DNA from: Candidatus Shapirobacteria bacterium | GTDB lineage: Bacteria > Patescibacteriota > Microgenomatia > UBA12405 | Reading direction: 5' to 3' | Assembly: GCA_037142555.1 (NCBI GenBank) | Contig: JBAXAJ010000001.1 | Location: 14,835-78,834, forward strand | Length of the DNA stretch: 64,000 bases | Part shown: positions 39,843-50,362 of the stretch, piece after piece | Numbering within the stretch: the stretch's first letter is position 1 | How the letters are laid out: every line of letters starts with the position of its first letter | The notes under the pieces: model-generated | Seen by the model: the letters and a program-made list of their open reading frames with translations, nothing else | Told to the model about the DNA's origin: nothing | Databases searched by the model: none | Program-made: the position numbers and the translations under genes

Positions 39843-40847
39843 ATGATTACTCGCATTCTATACATCGAAGAAAAAGACCAATACAACGCTCTAGTTAAAC
39901 ATCCACTTCAAACATGGGAATGGGGTGACTTCCAAATAACTCAAGGGCACAAGGTCTATCGTCTCGGAGTTTTTGAAGAAAATAAAATGATTTCTGTTTA
40001 TTCTGTTTCTTTTCACAAAGTTCCTAAAGTCAACTATTCTATCGGAACTCTTTTTAGAGGCCCAAAAGTTGATGAAGAAATGATTACAAACATTAAAAAA
40101 ATAGCCCAAGACGAAAATGCTATTTTTGTTAAATTCGAACCAAATGTTTTTTATCCTAGTAATATGCAATTTCCTGGGATGAAAGTTTCCCCTAAAGTTG
40201 CTTTTTATCCATATAACTTCATTGTCGATTTAACTAAAAGTGAAAATAAACTTCTAGAAGATATGCATCCAAAAACTCGTTATAACATTCGCATTGCCAA
40301 TCGTTATGGAGTTGAAATTAAAGAACAAACTGATGACGAAGGTTTTGAAATTTATTTAAAACTTCTTTTTGACACTACTAAAAGACAAGGCTTCTATCTC
40401 CACACTGAAAACTATCACCGTACTCTTTGGAAAACTTTAAAAGACACTGGAATGGTGAAAATTATGTTGGCTTCTTACCAAGGCAAGGTCTTAAGCTCTT
40501 TTATGCTTTTTAAATTAAAGAAACAACTTTATTACCCTTTTGGAGCTTCACTTGATACCAACAGGGAAGTTATGGCTCCAACTCTTCTGATGTGGGAATC
40601 AATTAAATTAGGCCAAAAATTAAAATGTAAAAGTTTTGACATGTGGGGTTGTCTTGGTCCTAATGCTAAGGAAAGTGAACAAGGCTATGGATTCCATCGT
40701 TTTAAACAAGGATTTAATGGTGAATTAGTCCAATATGTCGGCACCTATGATTTTGTTATTAATGACAATTTATACAAAACCTACAAATTAGTTGATAAAT
40801 ATCGTTGGAAATTCCTCCGTCTCAAAGCCAAACTTTTGAGAAAATAA
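39843..40847 (+). CDS. FemABX-family peptidoglycan peptidyltransferase
   Basis: HPLQTWEWG, KTRYNIR.A, FDMWG, GFHRFKQGF. Confidence 0.9.
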   Translation: MITRILYIEEKDQYNALVKHPLQTWEWGDFQITQGHKVYRLGVFEENKMISVYSVSFHKVPKVNYSIGTLFRGPKVDEEMITNIKKIAQDENAIFVKFEPNVFYPSNMQFPGMKVSPKVAFYPYNFIVDLTKSENKLLEDMHPKTRYNIRIANRYGVEIKEQTDDEGFEIYLKLLFDTTKRQGFYLHTENYHRTLWKTLKDTGMVKIMLASYQGKVLSSFMLFKLKKQLYYPFGASLDTNREVMAPTLLMWESIKLGQKLKCKSFDMWGCLGPNAKESEQGYGFHRFKQGFNGELVQYVGTYDFVINDNLYKTYKLVDKYRWKFLRLKAKLLRK

Positions 40848-40860
40848 GGTAAAATACACT

Positions 40861-41160
40861 ATGTCTTCAAACAAAATTACTAGAGAAGAATTGGATCACA
40901 TTTCCAAGTTGGCTCGAATTGAATTAAGCGATCAAGAAAAAACTACTTTTTTGCCACAACTCGAATCTATTCTAGAATATCTAGACATTTTAAATCAAGT
41001 CAAAACTGACAACATCACTCCAACTTATCAAGTTAATGACCAAAAGAATGTTTTGAGACAAGATATTGTTAAAGAATCTTTTTCTCAAAAAGAGGCTCTT
41101 TCAACCGCTCCAAAAACTCAAGACGCTTATTTTGTTGTCCCAGGGACTATCAAAAAATAA
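40861..41160 (+). CDS. gatC: Asp/Glu-tRNA amidotransferase subunit C
   Basis: HISKLARI, NVLRQD, YFVVP; adjacent to gatAB. Confidence 0.93.
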   Translation: MSSNKITREELDHISKLARIELSDQEKTTFLPQLESILEYLDILNQVKTDNITPTYQVNDQKNVLRQDIVKESFSQKEALSTAPKTQDAYFVVPGTIKK

Positions 41161-41162
41161 CT

Positions 41163-42626
41163 ATGGATTTAAAATCTTTAACTATCAAACAAATCCAAGA
41201 ATTGCTTTTTTCTAAAAAAATAACTGCCACCCAAATCGTCAATTTTTATTTAAATCGGATTTCCGAAATTGATCCAAAAATAAAAGCCTTCATCACCATC
41301 ACCGACAAAGTAGCCTTAAAACAGGCAGAAATTCTAGATGCCAAAATCAAAAAAGGTGAATCAGTTGGAAAACTAGCTGGAGCTGTCATGGCAGTTAAAG
41401 ACATTTTTTTAACCAAAGACATTCAAACTACTTCTAGTTCCCAAGTTTTAAATGGCTACATTCCTCAATATTCTTCAACTATCTACCAAAAACTAATTGA
41501 CCAAGACGCCATCATCATTGGAAAAACAAACACCGATCCTTTTGCTTTTGGTGGTTCAACTGAAAATTCTGGTTATTTTACAACCAAGAACCCTTGGAAT
41601 CTCTCAAAAGTTCCAGGTGGTTCTTCTGGTGGTTCAGCTGCCGCTGTGGCTGCTGATCTATGTCAATTTGCCCTTGGCACCGACACTGGTGGTTCAATTC
41701 GCCAGCCAGCTTCTATGTGTGGAGTCAGTGGTTTAAAAACAACTTATGGTCTAAATTCTCGTTTTGGAATCACCGCCATGGCTTCATCTTTTGATTGCCC
41801 TGGAGTCTTTGCAAAAAACATTGAAGATCTAGCTCTAGTGACTCAAATCACTGCCGGTCTTGACGAAAAAGACGCCACCACAGTGGATCTTTCAGTCCCA
41901 GATTATTCTAAGCTTCTAGAAAGTGTTGATTTAAAAGGTCTAAAAATTGGTCTACCAAAAGAATATTTTTCTGATCCAATAAACCCAGAAGTTAAAGAAA
42001 AAGTCATGACAGCGGCTAAGGAATTTGAAAAGCGGGGGGCCATTCTAGTAGATATTTCTCTTCCTAGCACTAATCTTGGAATTGCAGTTTACTATGTCTT
42101 AGTTCCATCAGAAATTTCTGCCAACATGGCTCGTTATGATGGCATTCGTTTTGGTCAAAACACCACTGACAATAAAGACATAACTTCTTATTATATGAAC
42201 ACTCGTGGAAAATATATGGAAGCCGAAGTTAAACGACGAATCATAATTGGAACTTATGCTCTATCTTCTGGTTATTATGATGCTTACTACACTAAAGCTT
42301 CAAAAGTCCGAACTTTAATTAAAAAAGAATTCACCGAAGCTCTAAAAAATGTCGATATAATTCTAGCTCCAGTTTCTCCAACTACAGCTTGGGACATTGG
42401 TGCCAAAAGTAATGACCCACTTCAAATGTATTTAAGTGACGCTTTCACTGTTTGTGTCAATGTTGCTGGAATTCCATCAGTTGCTCTTCCTTGTGCTTTT
42501 GATTCTCAAAAACTTCCAATTGATTTTCAATTAATCGGCAACTTTTTTGAAGAATCAAAAATTCTTTCCGTCGCTCATCAATATCAACAATTTACTTCTT
42601 TCCATAAAGAGGAGCCAAAATTATGA
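41163..42626 (+). CDS. gatA: Amidotransferase subunit A
   Basis: PGGSSGGSAAAV, GTDTGGSIRQPA, RYDGIRFG. Confidence 0.96.
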   Translation: MDLKSLTIKQIQELLFSKKITATQIVNFYLNRISEIDPKIKAFITITDKVALKQAEILDAKIKKGESVGKLAGAVMAVKDIFLTKDIQTTSSSQVLNGYIPQYSSTIYQKLIDQDAIIIGKTNTDPFAFGGSTENSGYFTTKNPWNLSKVPGGSSGGSAAAVAADLCQFALGTDTGGSIRQPASMCGVSGLKTTYGLNSRFGITAMASSFDCPGVFAKNIEDLALVTQITAGLDEKDATTVDLSVPDYSKLLESVDLKGLKIGLPKEYFSDPINPEVKEKVMTAAKEFEKRGAILVDISLPSTNLGIAVYYVLVPSEISANMARYDGIRFGQNTTDNKDITSYYMNTRGKYMEAEVKRRIIIGTYALSSGYYDAYYTKASKVRTLIKKEFTEALKNVDIILAPVSPTTAWDIGAKSNDPLQMYLSDAFTVCVNVAGIPSVALPCAFDSQKLPIDFQLIGNFFEESKILSVAHQYQQFTSFHKEEPKL

Positions 42627-44053
42627 AAATAACACCAATAATCGGACTTGAAGTTCATGTCGAATTAAAAACTAAATCAAAAATGTTTTGCAGTTGTGAC
42701 GCTGAGCATTTTCATGTCGATCCAAACACTCACACCTGTCCAACTTGTCTTGGCCTGCCAGGTGCCCTGCCAGTTCCAAACAAAACTGCTTGTGAATGGT
42801 GTATAAAACTTGGGCTAGCTCTTGGTTGCACCCCAAATGAATCTAGCTTTTTTGAAAGAAAAAATTATTTTTATCCAGATTTAGCCAAAGGCTATCAATT
42901 AACTCAATACGAAAAACCATTTGTTATAAATGGAAAAATTAAAATAGGTGATCAAGAAATCAGAATTAATCGAGCTCACATGGAAGAAGACACTGGTAAA
43001 TCAGTCCACATCATTAAAAATAATGAAGAACTAACTTTAATTGATTACAATCGTTGTGGAGTTCCACTTGTCGAAATAGTTTCTGAACCAGATCTCACTT
43101 CGGCTCAAATGGCCAAAGATTATCTTCTTAAAATTCAACAAATAATTCGCTATTTAGGAATTTCTGACGCCGACATTGAAAAAGGTTCAATGCGTTGTGA
43201 ACCAACCATCAATTTAAAAATTGAAGATGGCGATCAAACTTTCTACACTCCACTTGCTGAAATTAAAAATGTTGCCTCTTTGACAGGTGTTCTAAATGCA
43301 GTTGATTATGAAATAAACCGTCAAACTGAAGAATTCCAAAAAACAAAAGAAACAAAATCAAAAACTAATAAAACCACTCGTGGTTGGGATGCCCAAAAAA
43401 ACCAAACTTTCTTACAACGCGAAAAAGAAGGTTCCTCAGACTATCGTTATTTTCCAGAACCAGACATTCCTCACATTGAATTCACTAAAGCCGAAATCGA
43501 AGCCATCAGAGCCACCATTTCCGAGCTCCCAGATGAAAAAATTGCTCGCTATAAAACAGATTTTGGTCTTTCTGATTATGATGCTAATTTAATTGCCCAA
43601 GATATCCAACTCGCTCAAGTTTTTGAACATGTTATAGAAATATTTAAAAACAAAGAAGACATAAAGTTATTTGTAAATTTATTTAATGGTGAATTTAGAA
43701 ATGAAGATATTAATATTGACAAAATTAAACCAGAGAATTGTCTCAAAATAGTCACAGCTCAAAATGAGTCTTTATTATCTTCAACATCAGCAAAAATAGT
43801 ATTTACAGAATCATACAGAACAGGTGAAGATCCAATTGAAATCGCCAAAAAACAGGGTCTAATTCAAGTCTCCGATTCTAGTCAAATTGAAAAAATTGCC
43901 AAAGAGGTGATTGATAACAATCCAAAAGCTGTCCAAGATTATCTTAAAAATCCTAATTCTGTTGGCTTTTTAGTCGGTCAATTAATGAAAGCTTCAAATG
44001 GCTCTGCCAACCCTCAACTGGCCAAAGAAATTCTAGAAAAGTTGTTAAAATAA
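42623..44053 (+). CDS. gatB: Amidotransferase subunit B
   Basis: IGLEVHVEL, RKNYFYPDL, MEEDTGK, DYRYFPEPD. Confidence 0.97.
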   Translation: MKITPIIGLEVHVELKTKSKMFCSCDAEHFHVDPNTHTCPTCLGLPGALPVPNKTACEWCIKLGLALGCTPNESSFFERKNYFYPDLAKGYQLTQYEKPFVINGKIKIGDQEIRINRAHMEEDTGKSVHIIKNNEELTLIDYNRCGVPLVEIVSEPDLTSAQMAKDYLLKIQQIIRYLGISDADIEKGSMRCEPTINLKIEDGDQTFYTPLAEIKNVASLTGVLNAVDYEINRQTEEFQKTKETKSKTNKTTRGWDAQKNQTFLQREKEGSSDYRYFPEPDIPHIEFTKAEIEAIRATISELPDEKIARYKTDFGLSDYDANLIAQDIQLAQVFEHVIEIFKNKEDIKLFVNLFNGEFRNEDINIDKIKPENCLKIVTAQNESLLSSTSAKIVFTESYRTGEDPIEIAKKQGLIQVSDSSQIEKIAKEVIDNNPKAVQDYLKNPNSVGFLVGQLMKASNGSANPQLAKEILEKLLK

Positions 44054-44058
44054 CTTTT

Positions 44059-44685
44059 CTAAACAGCTCTTATTTTCACTAAATCAGTCAATTCATTTAA
44101 ATTTCTAATTGTTTTAATTCCATTAATTTCTTCATTTGTTATTCTATTAATCCAGATAATATTAAATCGGCCGTGAGTTTTTAATTCTTCAACAACTTTT
44201 CTTTTATCGTCAATTATTGTTACTCCATCTGGTATTTTTTTTATGAAATCAGAATGTAACTTATTCCTGTCTATATAGACAGAATTTTTATCAAAAAACT
44301 TTTCAGTCCCAGAAGATTCAATTTTTGTTTTTTGAAAATCATCAAATCCTTGTGAATATACTCCTAATTTAAATTCTTCTTTTAAGTGATTCAAAACAGG
44401 AATAGTTTCAGGAAACAAAGATTTAGAATAAATACCGAATCTGTCCGAAGTAAAATCGTTTAAATCAATTTTTTTATCAAACTTTTGTTCCAAATAAGTC
44501 ACAAAATCATCTATTCTAAAATCACCAGATCTATCTAAACTATCAATATACACTTTTTTTGTTTCTAACATCTCTTCATCACAAACACCATAAACATCTG
44601 CTAAATTATGACTTAGGTTTTTTATAAATTTTTCTTTACTAAATAAGGTATCGTCCCAATCGAACAAAATTAATTTTTCTTCCAT
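44059..44685 (-). CDS. HAD-family hydrolase
   Basis: FDWDDTL, IIDDK. Confidence 0.8.
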   Translation of the reverse strand: MEEKLILFDWDDTLFSKEKFIKNLSHNLADVYGVCDEEMLETKKVYIDSLDRSGDFRIDDFVTYLEQKFDKKIDLNDFTSDRFGIYSKSLFPETIPVLNHLKEEFKLGVYSQGFDDFQKTKIESSGTEKFFDKNSVYIDRNKLHSDFIKKIPDGVTIIDDKRKVVEELKTHGRFNIIWINRITNEEINGIKTIRNLNELTDLVKIRAV

Positions 44686-44732
44686 TGATTGTATTTTACA
44701 ACGTCAATCAGTTTTTAGGTTAAAATAAGTCA

Positions 44733-45362
44733 ATGAAATCAATAACTAACTTAGATTTAAGTAAATATGAAAAAATGTATGATAATTTTGACGGTGGACA
44801 TGACAGAAAGCATTTTATATCAGTAAGAAAATTGGCTGTTTCCTTGGCCAAAAAATATGCCCCAGATAAAATTGAATTAGCCTACATTGCTGCCACTTTA
44901 CACGATATTGGTCTTTCTGTCAGCCGAAAAAATCACGAATTAAATGGTGAAAAATTAATTAAAAAAGATAAATATTTAAAAACTAATTTATCAAAAGATG
45001 ATTTCAAAGAACTTTGTCATGCCATCAGACAGCATCGAGCCTCGACAGGTAATCCCAAAACTATTGTAGCTAAAATAGTCAGCGATTCTGACCGTAATGG
45101 TGGTTCTAACAGTTCTCCTCAAGCTCTCATTCGATCTTATAACTATGGTTTAAAGGAATTTCCAGGACTAAGCCAAGATGAACAACTTTTGGAATCAGCT
45201 AAACATCAAATGGAAAAATTTTCTAAAGGGAGTTATGGTCGTCGCACCTATTTCCCAGAAACTGAAGAAAGATTAGACAGAATATGTGATCCTATTATCA
45301 GTGCCTATAAAAAACAAGATTTAAAATATCTCAGAAGTCTAGTTAAGTCCTTGGTAAAATAG
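44733..45362 (+). CDS. HD-domain phosphohydrolase
   Basis: GHDRKH, LHDIG, HRAS, VSDSDR. Confidence 0.85.
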   Translation: MKSITNLDLSKYEKMYDNFDGGHDRKHFISVRKLAVSLAKKYAPDKIELAYIAATLHDIGLSVSRKNHELNGEKLIKKDKYLKTNLSKDDFKELCHAIRQHRASTGNPKTIVAKIVSDSDRNGGSNSSPQALIRSYNYGLKEFPGLSQDEQLLESAKHQMEKFSKGSYGRRTYFPETEERLDRICDPIISAYKKQDLKYLRSLVKSLVK

Positions 45363-45366
45363 TTTA

Positions 45367-48300
45367 GTGGATAATAAATCGTTTTTATCAGAATATCAAA
45401 AATTAAACCCAGAACAAAAACTTGCTGTCGACACTATCGAAGGTCCAGTCATGGTCATTGCTGGAGCTGGAACCGGTAAAACTCAAACCATCGCTCTTCG
45501 CATTGCCAACATTTTAATCCAAACTCAAACTCCACCACAAAACATTCTTTGTTTAACCTTCACCGACACTGGAACTATTGCCATGCGTGAACGTTTAATC
45601 AAAATAATTGGTTCCGAGGCCTACAAAGTCAGAATTCATACTTTCCATTCTTTTTGTAATGAAGTAATCCAAAATAATCCAGAATATTTCATCTTTGCTA
45701 AAAATATTAAAAGTATTGAAGAGGTTGAGCGAGTTGAATTAATTCAAAAATTAATTTCTTCTCTAAATAATGGCTCTCTTCTAAAACCTTGGGGTGATTC
45801 TTTTTTCTACCAACGCGACATAATCTCTGCAATTCAATCTTTGAAAAAAGAGGGAATTTCTTCAGAAAATTTATTAAGTCTGATTAATAATCAAATTAGT
45901 TTTCTAGACAAAAACAAAGATTTAATTTCAAAATTTTTATCTATTAAATTTAGTAAAAATATAGCAGCCGAACTTTTGCCAGTTTTTGAGGAAATTTTAA
46001 GTAACAGTCAAAAAGATTCTCAAGAAGTTTATAATCACCTTCTATCTCTAAAAATTCTTTTTGAAACTAGTGGCTTTGATGTTGGTGCTGCCAAAAATCC
46101 AATTGTAAATTTCAAGAACGAAATAAAAAACTTTTTTGAATCTTTAACTAAAGATTCTCAAAAACAACTTGAACTCCATTCTTTATATTCTCAATATCAA
46201 GAAGAATTAAAAACAAATGGCCTCTATGATTTTGAAGATATGATTCTTTTTGTTTTAAAAGCTTTCAAAAAAAACCCTGAGCTTCTTTTGGAATATCAAG
46301 AAAAATATCAATATATTTTAGTTGATGAATATCAAGACACCAATTCTGCTCAAAACGAAATAATTGATCTTCTTGGTAAATATTATGAAAATCCAAACCT
46401 CTTTGTTGTTGGTGATGACGACCAATCAATTTTCCGTTTCCAAGGTGCTTCAATCGAAAATGTCTACAGTTTTTATAAAAAATATAATCCACTTCTAGTT
46501 GTTCTAAAAAACAACTACCGTTCTCATCGTCTAATTTTAGCCTCTTCTGAGAGTGTCATTAAAAATAACAAAAACCGCATCACTAATTTCATTGATGAGA
46601 TTGATAAAAGTCTAGAATCTAAAGTTGATTTCGATGCCACTCCAATCAATCTTTTCAGATCACCTGGTCTGAATGAAGAAAACTATTTCATTGCCACCAA
46701 AATTAAATCATTATTAGAGAAGGGAATTGACCCTCAACAAATTGCCGTTCTCTATCGAAATAATAATGATGTTTTTGATCTTGTCGAACATCTAAAAAAT
46801 TTAAATATTAAATATCAATTAGGCATTGATAAAAATATTTTAGAAAATAAATATATTTCTCAATTAATATTTTTATTAGAATTCATCCTCAATTCTGAAA
46901 AAAATGATTTACTTTACAAAGTTTTAGCTTCAAATTTCCTAAAAATTCCTGCTTTTGATTTATTCAAATTAACTCATTTTGCTTATAAAGAAAAAATTAA
47001 ATTAGTTTCACTTGTCTTTGTTTCTAAAAACTTTTCTAAAATAGAAAAAGATCTGTCAGAAATTGGTGCCAAAAGAATCAGAAATTTTGTCAGACGAATC
47101 ACCTTCGCAAAAAAATGGTTAGAAAATTTAAGCACCGATCGTTTCTTCAATAAAGTCATCCGTCGTTTCAAATATCTTGATTTTGTTTTAACCAGCAATA
47201 ATTTGGAATTAATAAATTTCCTAAACACTTTCTATTCTGAATTCAAAAGATTAGCTCTAGAAAAAGATTTCTCACTTCGTGACTTTCTAAATTATTTACA
47301 AACAATTAAAGAAAATGATCTAACTTTAACTGCTCCAGAAATTAGTGGTGAATCAATTAAATCAATCAGGTTAATGACAGTTCACAAATCAAAAGGACTA
47401 GAATTTGAACATGTCTTTTTATATAAATGTGCCGACAAAAAATGGGGGAATGTCACTAATCAAAATAAATTAAAACTCCCACTTGGAATTCTAAAACTCC
47501 AATCTGCTCTTCTCGAAAATGAAAGAGCCAGTGAAGACGAACGCCGACTTTTCTATGTGGCTTTGACTCGGGCTAAAAAACAAATCTACATTTCCTATTC
47601 CACCAAATCAGAAAGTGGTCGCGATCAACTCCCATCAATGTTCATTTCTGAAATTGATCCAGAAATAATTGAAGAAGTTGTTGATTCTTCAATTAATAGT
47701 GAATCTGCTCTCAAAAATATTTTTCCAAAAACTTTGCCAAAACTTGATATAAAATCTGACTTCCAAGAATATCTGGTCGACTATCTAAAAAGTAAATATA
47801 AATTTAACATCACTCATCTTAACTCCTATCTTCGTTGTCCTTTTTGTTTCTATCACAAAACTATTCTAAGAATTCCTGGCGTTCGCGACAAACACTCAAG
47901 TCTTGGTTCAGCTGTTCACGATGCCCTATCTTTTTTGCTCGAAACTCTTCGACTTGAAAATCGTTTAATAAGTTCCAAAGATTTAATAAATCGTTTTGCC
48001 GAATTTATTAAAAAAGAAAAATTATCAAAAGAAGATGAATCTGAATCACTAAAAAAAGGTGAAGAAATATTGAATGAATATTATATTAATTATGAATCTT
48101 CATTTGACAAAAATAACCTGACTGATTTTGATTTTGCCCCAAATCATGTTTATCTAGATGAAATTCCTATCACTGGGAAAATTGATGAAATCAAAATTTC
48201 TGATCAAAAAATTAATGGTAAAGAAATTGCTGAGGTTATCGACTTTAAAACTGGAAATCCAGATGGGAAATATAAAGAGCTTTCAAAAGATGGTGATTAT

Positions 48301-48564
48301 TTTCGTCAATTAGTTTTTTACAAAATTCTTTCAGACCTCGACTTAACTTTTAAATATGTTATTAATAAAGGGACAATTGATTTTGTCCAAAAAAGTAAAA
48401 GTCGAAATAAGTTTATTCAAAACTCTTTTGAATTTTCCCAAACTGACATCGACTCTTTAAAAAATTTAATTAGAGAAATCTATAAAAAAATTATTAATTT
48501 AGAATTTAATCAAATAGGTGAAGACTGTCAAGATCGAGACCATCTTCATTCACTTTTTAAATAA
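45367..48564 (+). CDS. UvrD-family helicase fused to a C-terminal PD-(D/E)xK nuclease (AdnAB/AddA-like)
   Basis: AGAGTGKT, VDEYQD, KSKGLEF, ERRLFYVALTRA; C-terminal GKIDEI...IDFKTG...QL.FY. Confidence 0.9.
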   Translation: MDNKSFLSEYQKLNPEQKLAVDTIEGPVMVIAGAGTGKTQTIALRIANILIQTQTPPQNILCLTFTDTGTIAMRERLIKIIGSEAYKVRIHTFHSFCNEVIQNNPEYFIFAKNIKSIEEVERVELIQKLISSLNNGSLLKPWGDSFFYQRDIISAIQSLKKEGISSENLLSLINNQISFLDKNKDLISKFLSIKFSKNIAAELLPVFEEILSNSQKDSQEVYNHLLSLKILFETSGFDVGAAKNPIVNFKNEIKNFFESLTKDSQKQLELHSLYSQYQEELKTNGLYDFEDMILFVLKAFKKNPELLLEYQEKYQYILVDEYQDTNSAQNEIIDLLGKYYENPNLFVVGDDDQSIFRFQGASIENVYSFYKKYNPLLVVLKNNYRSHRLILASSESVIKNNKNRITNFIDEIDKSLESKVDFDATPINLFRSPGLNEENYFIATKIKSLLEKGIDPQQIAVLYRNNNDVFDLVEHLKNLNIKYQLGIDKNILENKYISQLIFLLEFILNSEKNDLLYKVLASNFLKIPAFDLFKLTHFAYKEKIKLVSLVFVSKNFSKIEKDLSEIGAKRIRNFVRRITFAKKWLENLSTDRFFNKVIRRFKYLDFVLTSNNLELINFLNTFYSEFKRLALEKDFSLRDFLNYLQTIKENDLTLTAPEISGESIKSIRLMTVHKSKGLEFEHVFLYKCADKKWGNVTNQNKLKLPLGILKLQSALLENERASEDERRLFYVALTRAKKQIYISYSTKSESGRDQLPSMFISEIDPEIIEEVVDSSINSESALKNIFPKTLPKLDIKSDFQEYLVDYLKSKYKFNITHLNSYLRCPFCFYHKTILRIPGVRDKHSSLGSAVHDALSFLLETLRLENRLISSKDLINRFAEFIKKEKLSKEDESESLKKGEEILNEYYINYESSFDKNNLTDFDFAPNHVYLDEIPITGKIDEIKISDQKINGKEIAEVIDFKTGNPDGKYKELSKDGDYFRQLVFYKILSDLDLTFKYVINKGTIDFVQKSKSRNKFIQNSFEFSQTDIDSLKNLIREIYKKIINLEFNQIGEDCQDRDHLHSLFK

Positions 48565-48566
48565 CC

Positions 48567-48998
48567 ATGAAAATCCAATTTAAACGTTTTGATAAAAATA
48601 TAGATCTACCGATGCACAAGACCAATGGGGCAGTTGCAGTTGATTTAAGTTCTCGAATTGAAGTCACAGTTAAACCAAAAGAAATTGTCTACATTCCAAT
48701 GAATGTTGCCATCAAAATTCCTGACGGTTATTTCATCATGCAAGCTCCTCGCAGTTCTACCCACAAACTTGGTTTAATGGGAATAAATGGTGTTGGCATT
48801 TTTGATCGAGATTATTGTGGCGACACTGATGAGTATCATTTTGCTGCTTATAACTACACTGATAAAGCAGTCACTATTGAAAAAGCCACTCGTCTTGTCC
48901 AACTTCTTTTAATCAAATGCGAAAATTTTGAAATTGACGAGGTTGATAAAATGGATGATGTATCTCGTGGCGGCTTCGGCACTACTGGGGTAAAATAA
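48567..48998 (+). CDS. dut: Trimeric dUTPase
   Basis: AVDL, PRSS, GIFDRDY.G, RGGFGTTG. Confidence 0.93.
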   Translation: MKIQFKRFDKNIDLPMHKTNGAVAVDLSSRIEVTVKPKEIVYIPMNVAIKIPDGYFIMQAPRSSTHKLGLMGINGVGIFDRDYCGDTDEYHFAAYNYTDKAVTIEKATRLVQLLLIKCENFEIDEVDKMDDVSRGGFGTTGVK

Positions 48999-49002
48999 AT
49001 CA

Positions 49003-50067
49003 ATGACATTTGTTTACATTCTTCTACTTCTAATTTTAGTCGCGATTGTTTTTTTGATTCTCAAATCTAAAAAAGCCAATTCAGAGGATCTGTCAGACGC
49101 TGTTAATACTTTATTAAAAGTTTCTGAACAAAAATTTAACGATAAGACCCAACAAATTGATGTCAATCTAAATAACAAAAAGCAAGCCATCGAAGAATTA
49201 GTTAACAGGGCATTAACTGAAATAAATAAAAATAATGCCAAAATGGAGGAAGTTGAAAAAAATCGAATCGGTTCTTTTTCCACTCTCACTGAAAAATTAG
49301 AAGAACAAAAAACTCTAACCAACCAATTAAAAATCACCACCGAAGGCCTTAAAAATGTTTTGAGTAATAATCAAATGCGCGGTCAATTTGGTGAACAAGT
49401 TGCTGAAGATCTATTAAAAATGTCTGGTTTTGTTAGTGGAATCAGTTATGACAAACAAGTCAGTGGTGATGCTTCTCGCCCAGATTTCACTGTTTACATG
49501 CCAGACGGCATGAAGATTAATGTCGATTCTAAATTCCCATACCAAAATCTGGTCAAAATGAGTGAATCTGATAATAAAGAAGAAAAAGAAAGATTTAAAA
49601 AACTTTTTGAACAAGATATCAAAACTAAAATTAAAGAGGTGACTAGTCGAGAATATATCAATCCAGAAAAAAACACCGTCGATTTTGTCATTCTTTTCAT
49701 TCCAAATGAAATGATTTTTTCCTTCATTTATGATCGTTTTCCAGACCTTTGGCAAGATGCCATGAGTAAAAAAGTTATTCTAGCTGGGCCTTTTTCGTTC
49801 ACCGCGATTTTGAGAATGGTTCACCAAGCTTATGACAATTTCCGCTATCAAAAAAATGTTGCCAACATCATCGGTTACATCAAAAAATTTGCTGAAGAAT
49901 TCGATTCCTACAATAAAGGTTTTAAAGACATTGGTAGCAGCATTGAAAGTCTTCAAAAAAAATACACTGCTGTTGATTCAACCAGAACCAATAAATTAGT
50001 CAAAATTGTTAATAAAATTAAAACTGAAGAAACTGATCCTAGTTTAAAACTTCAAGAAAATGTTTAG
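49003..50067 (+). CDS. rmuC: DNA recombination protein RmuC
   Basis: RGQFGE, RPDF, VDSKFP, FVILFIPNE. Confidence 0.9.
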   Translation: MTFVYILLLLILVAIVFLILKSKKANSEDLSDAVNTLLKVSEQKFNDKTQQIDVNLNNKKQAIEELVNRALTEINKNNAKMEEVEKNRIGSFSTLTEKLEEQKTLTNQLKITTEGLKNVLSNNQMRGQFGEQVAEDLLKMSGFVSGISYDKQVSGDASRPDFTVYMPDGMKINVDSKFPYQNLVKMSESDNKEEKERFKKLFEQDIKTKIKEVTSREYINPEKNTVDFVILFIPNEMIFSFIYDRFPDLWQDAMSKKVILAGPFSFTAILRMVHQAYDNFRYQKNVANIIGYIKKFAEEFDSYNKGFKDIGSSIESLQKKYTAVDSTRTNKLVKIVNKIKTEETDPSLKLQENV

Positions 50068-50362
50068 TTTCATTAAAAAATATTATTGGCCAATCATTGC
50101 CTCAGTTTTCTGGCTTTTGTTGATAATTTTTATTAACACCATTTCCCCAACTCTAGAATTTTCCAAAATTGCTTTTTTCTTTATTCTTTTTTTTGCGATT
50201 CTTTCAACTCTCTATATCTTTTTCAAAAAAACCAAATTCAATCTCTTGGTGTCCTTCTATATTTTTGCTCTAATTTTGTTGGCTTTTTTCCATTTCTTCA
50301 ACATTCTAAACAGTTTCCTCGTCACCGCTCTCTTTGTTGCTCTATTCTATATTTTTAAATAA
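50060..50362 (+). CDS. Small hypothetical 4-TM membrane protein
   Basis: Hydrophobic ORF overlapping the end of rmuC. Confidence 0.6.
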   Translation: MFSFIKKYYWPIIASVFWLLLIIFINTISPTLEFSKIAFFFILFFAILSTLYIFFKKTKFNLLVSFYIFALILLAFFHFFNILNSFLVTALFVALFYIFK

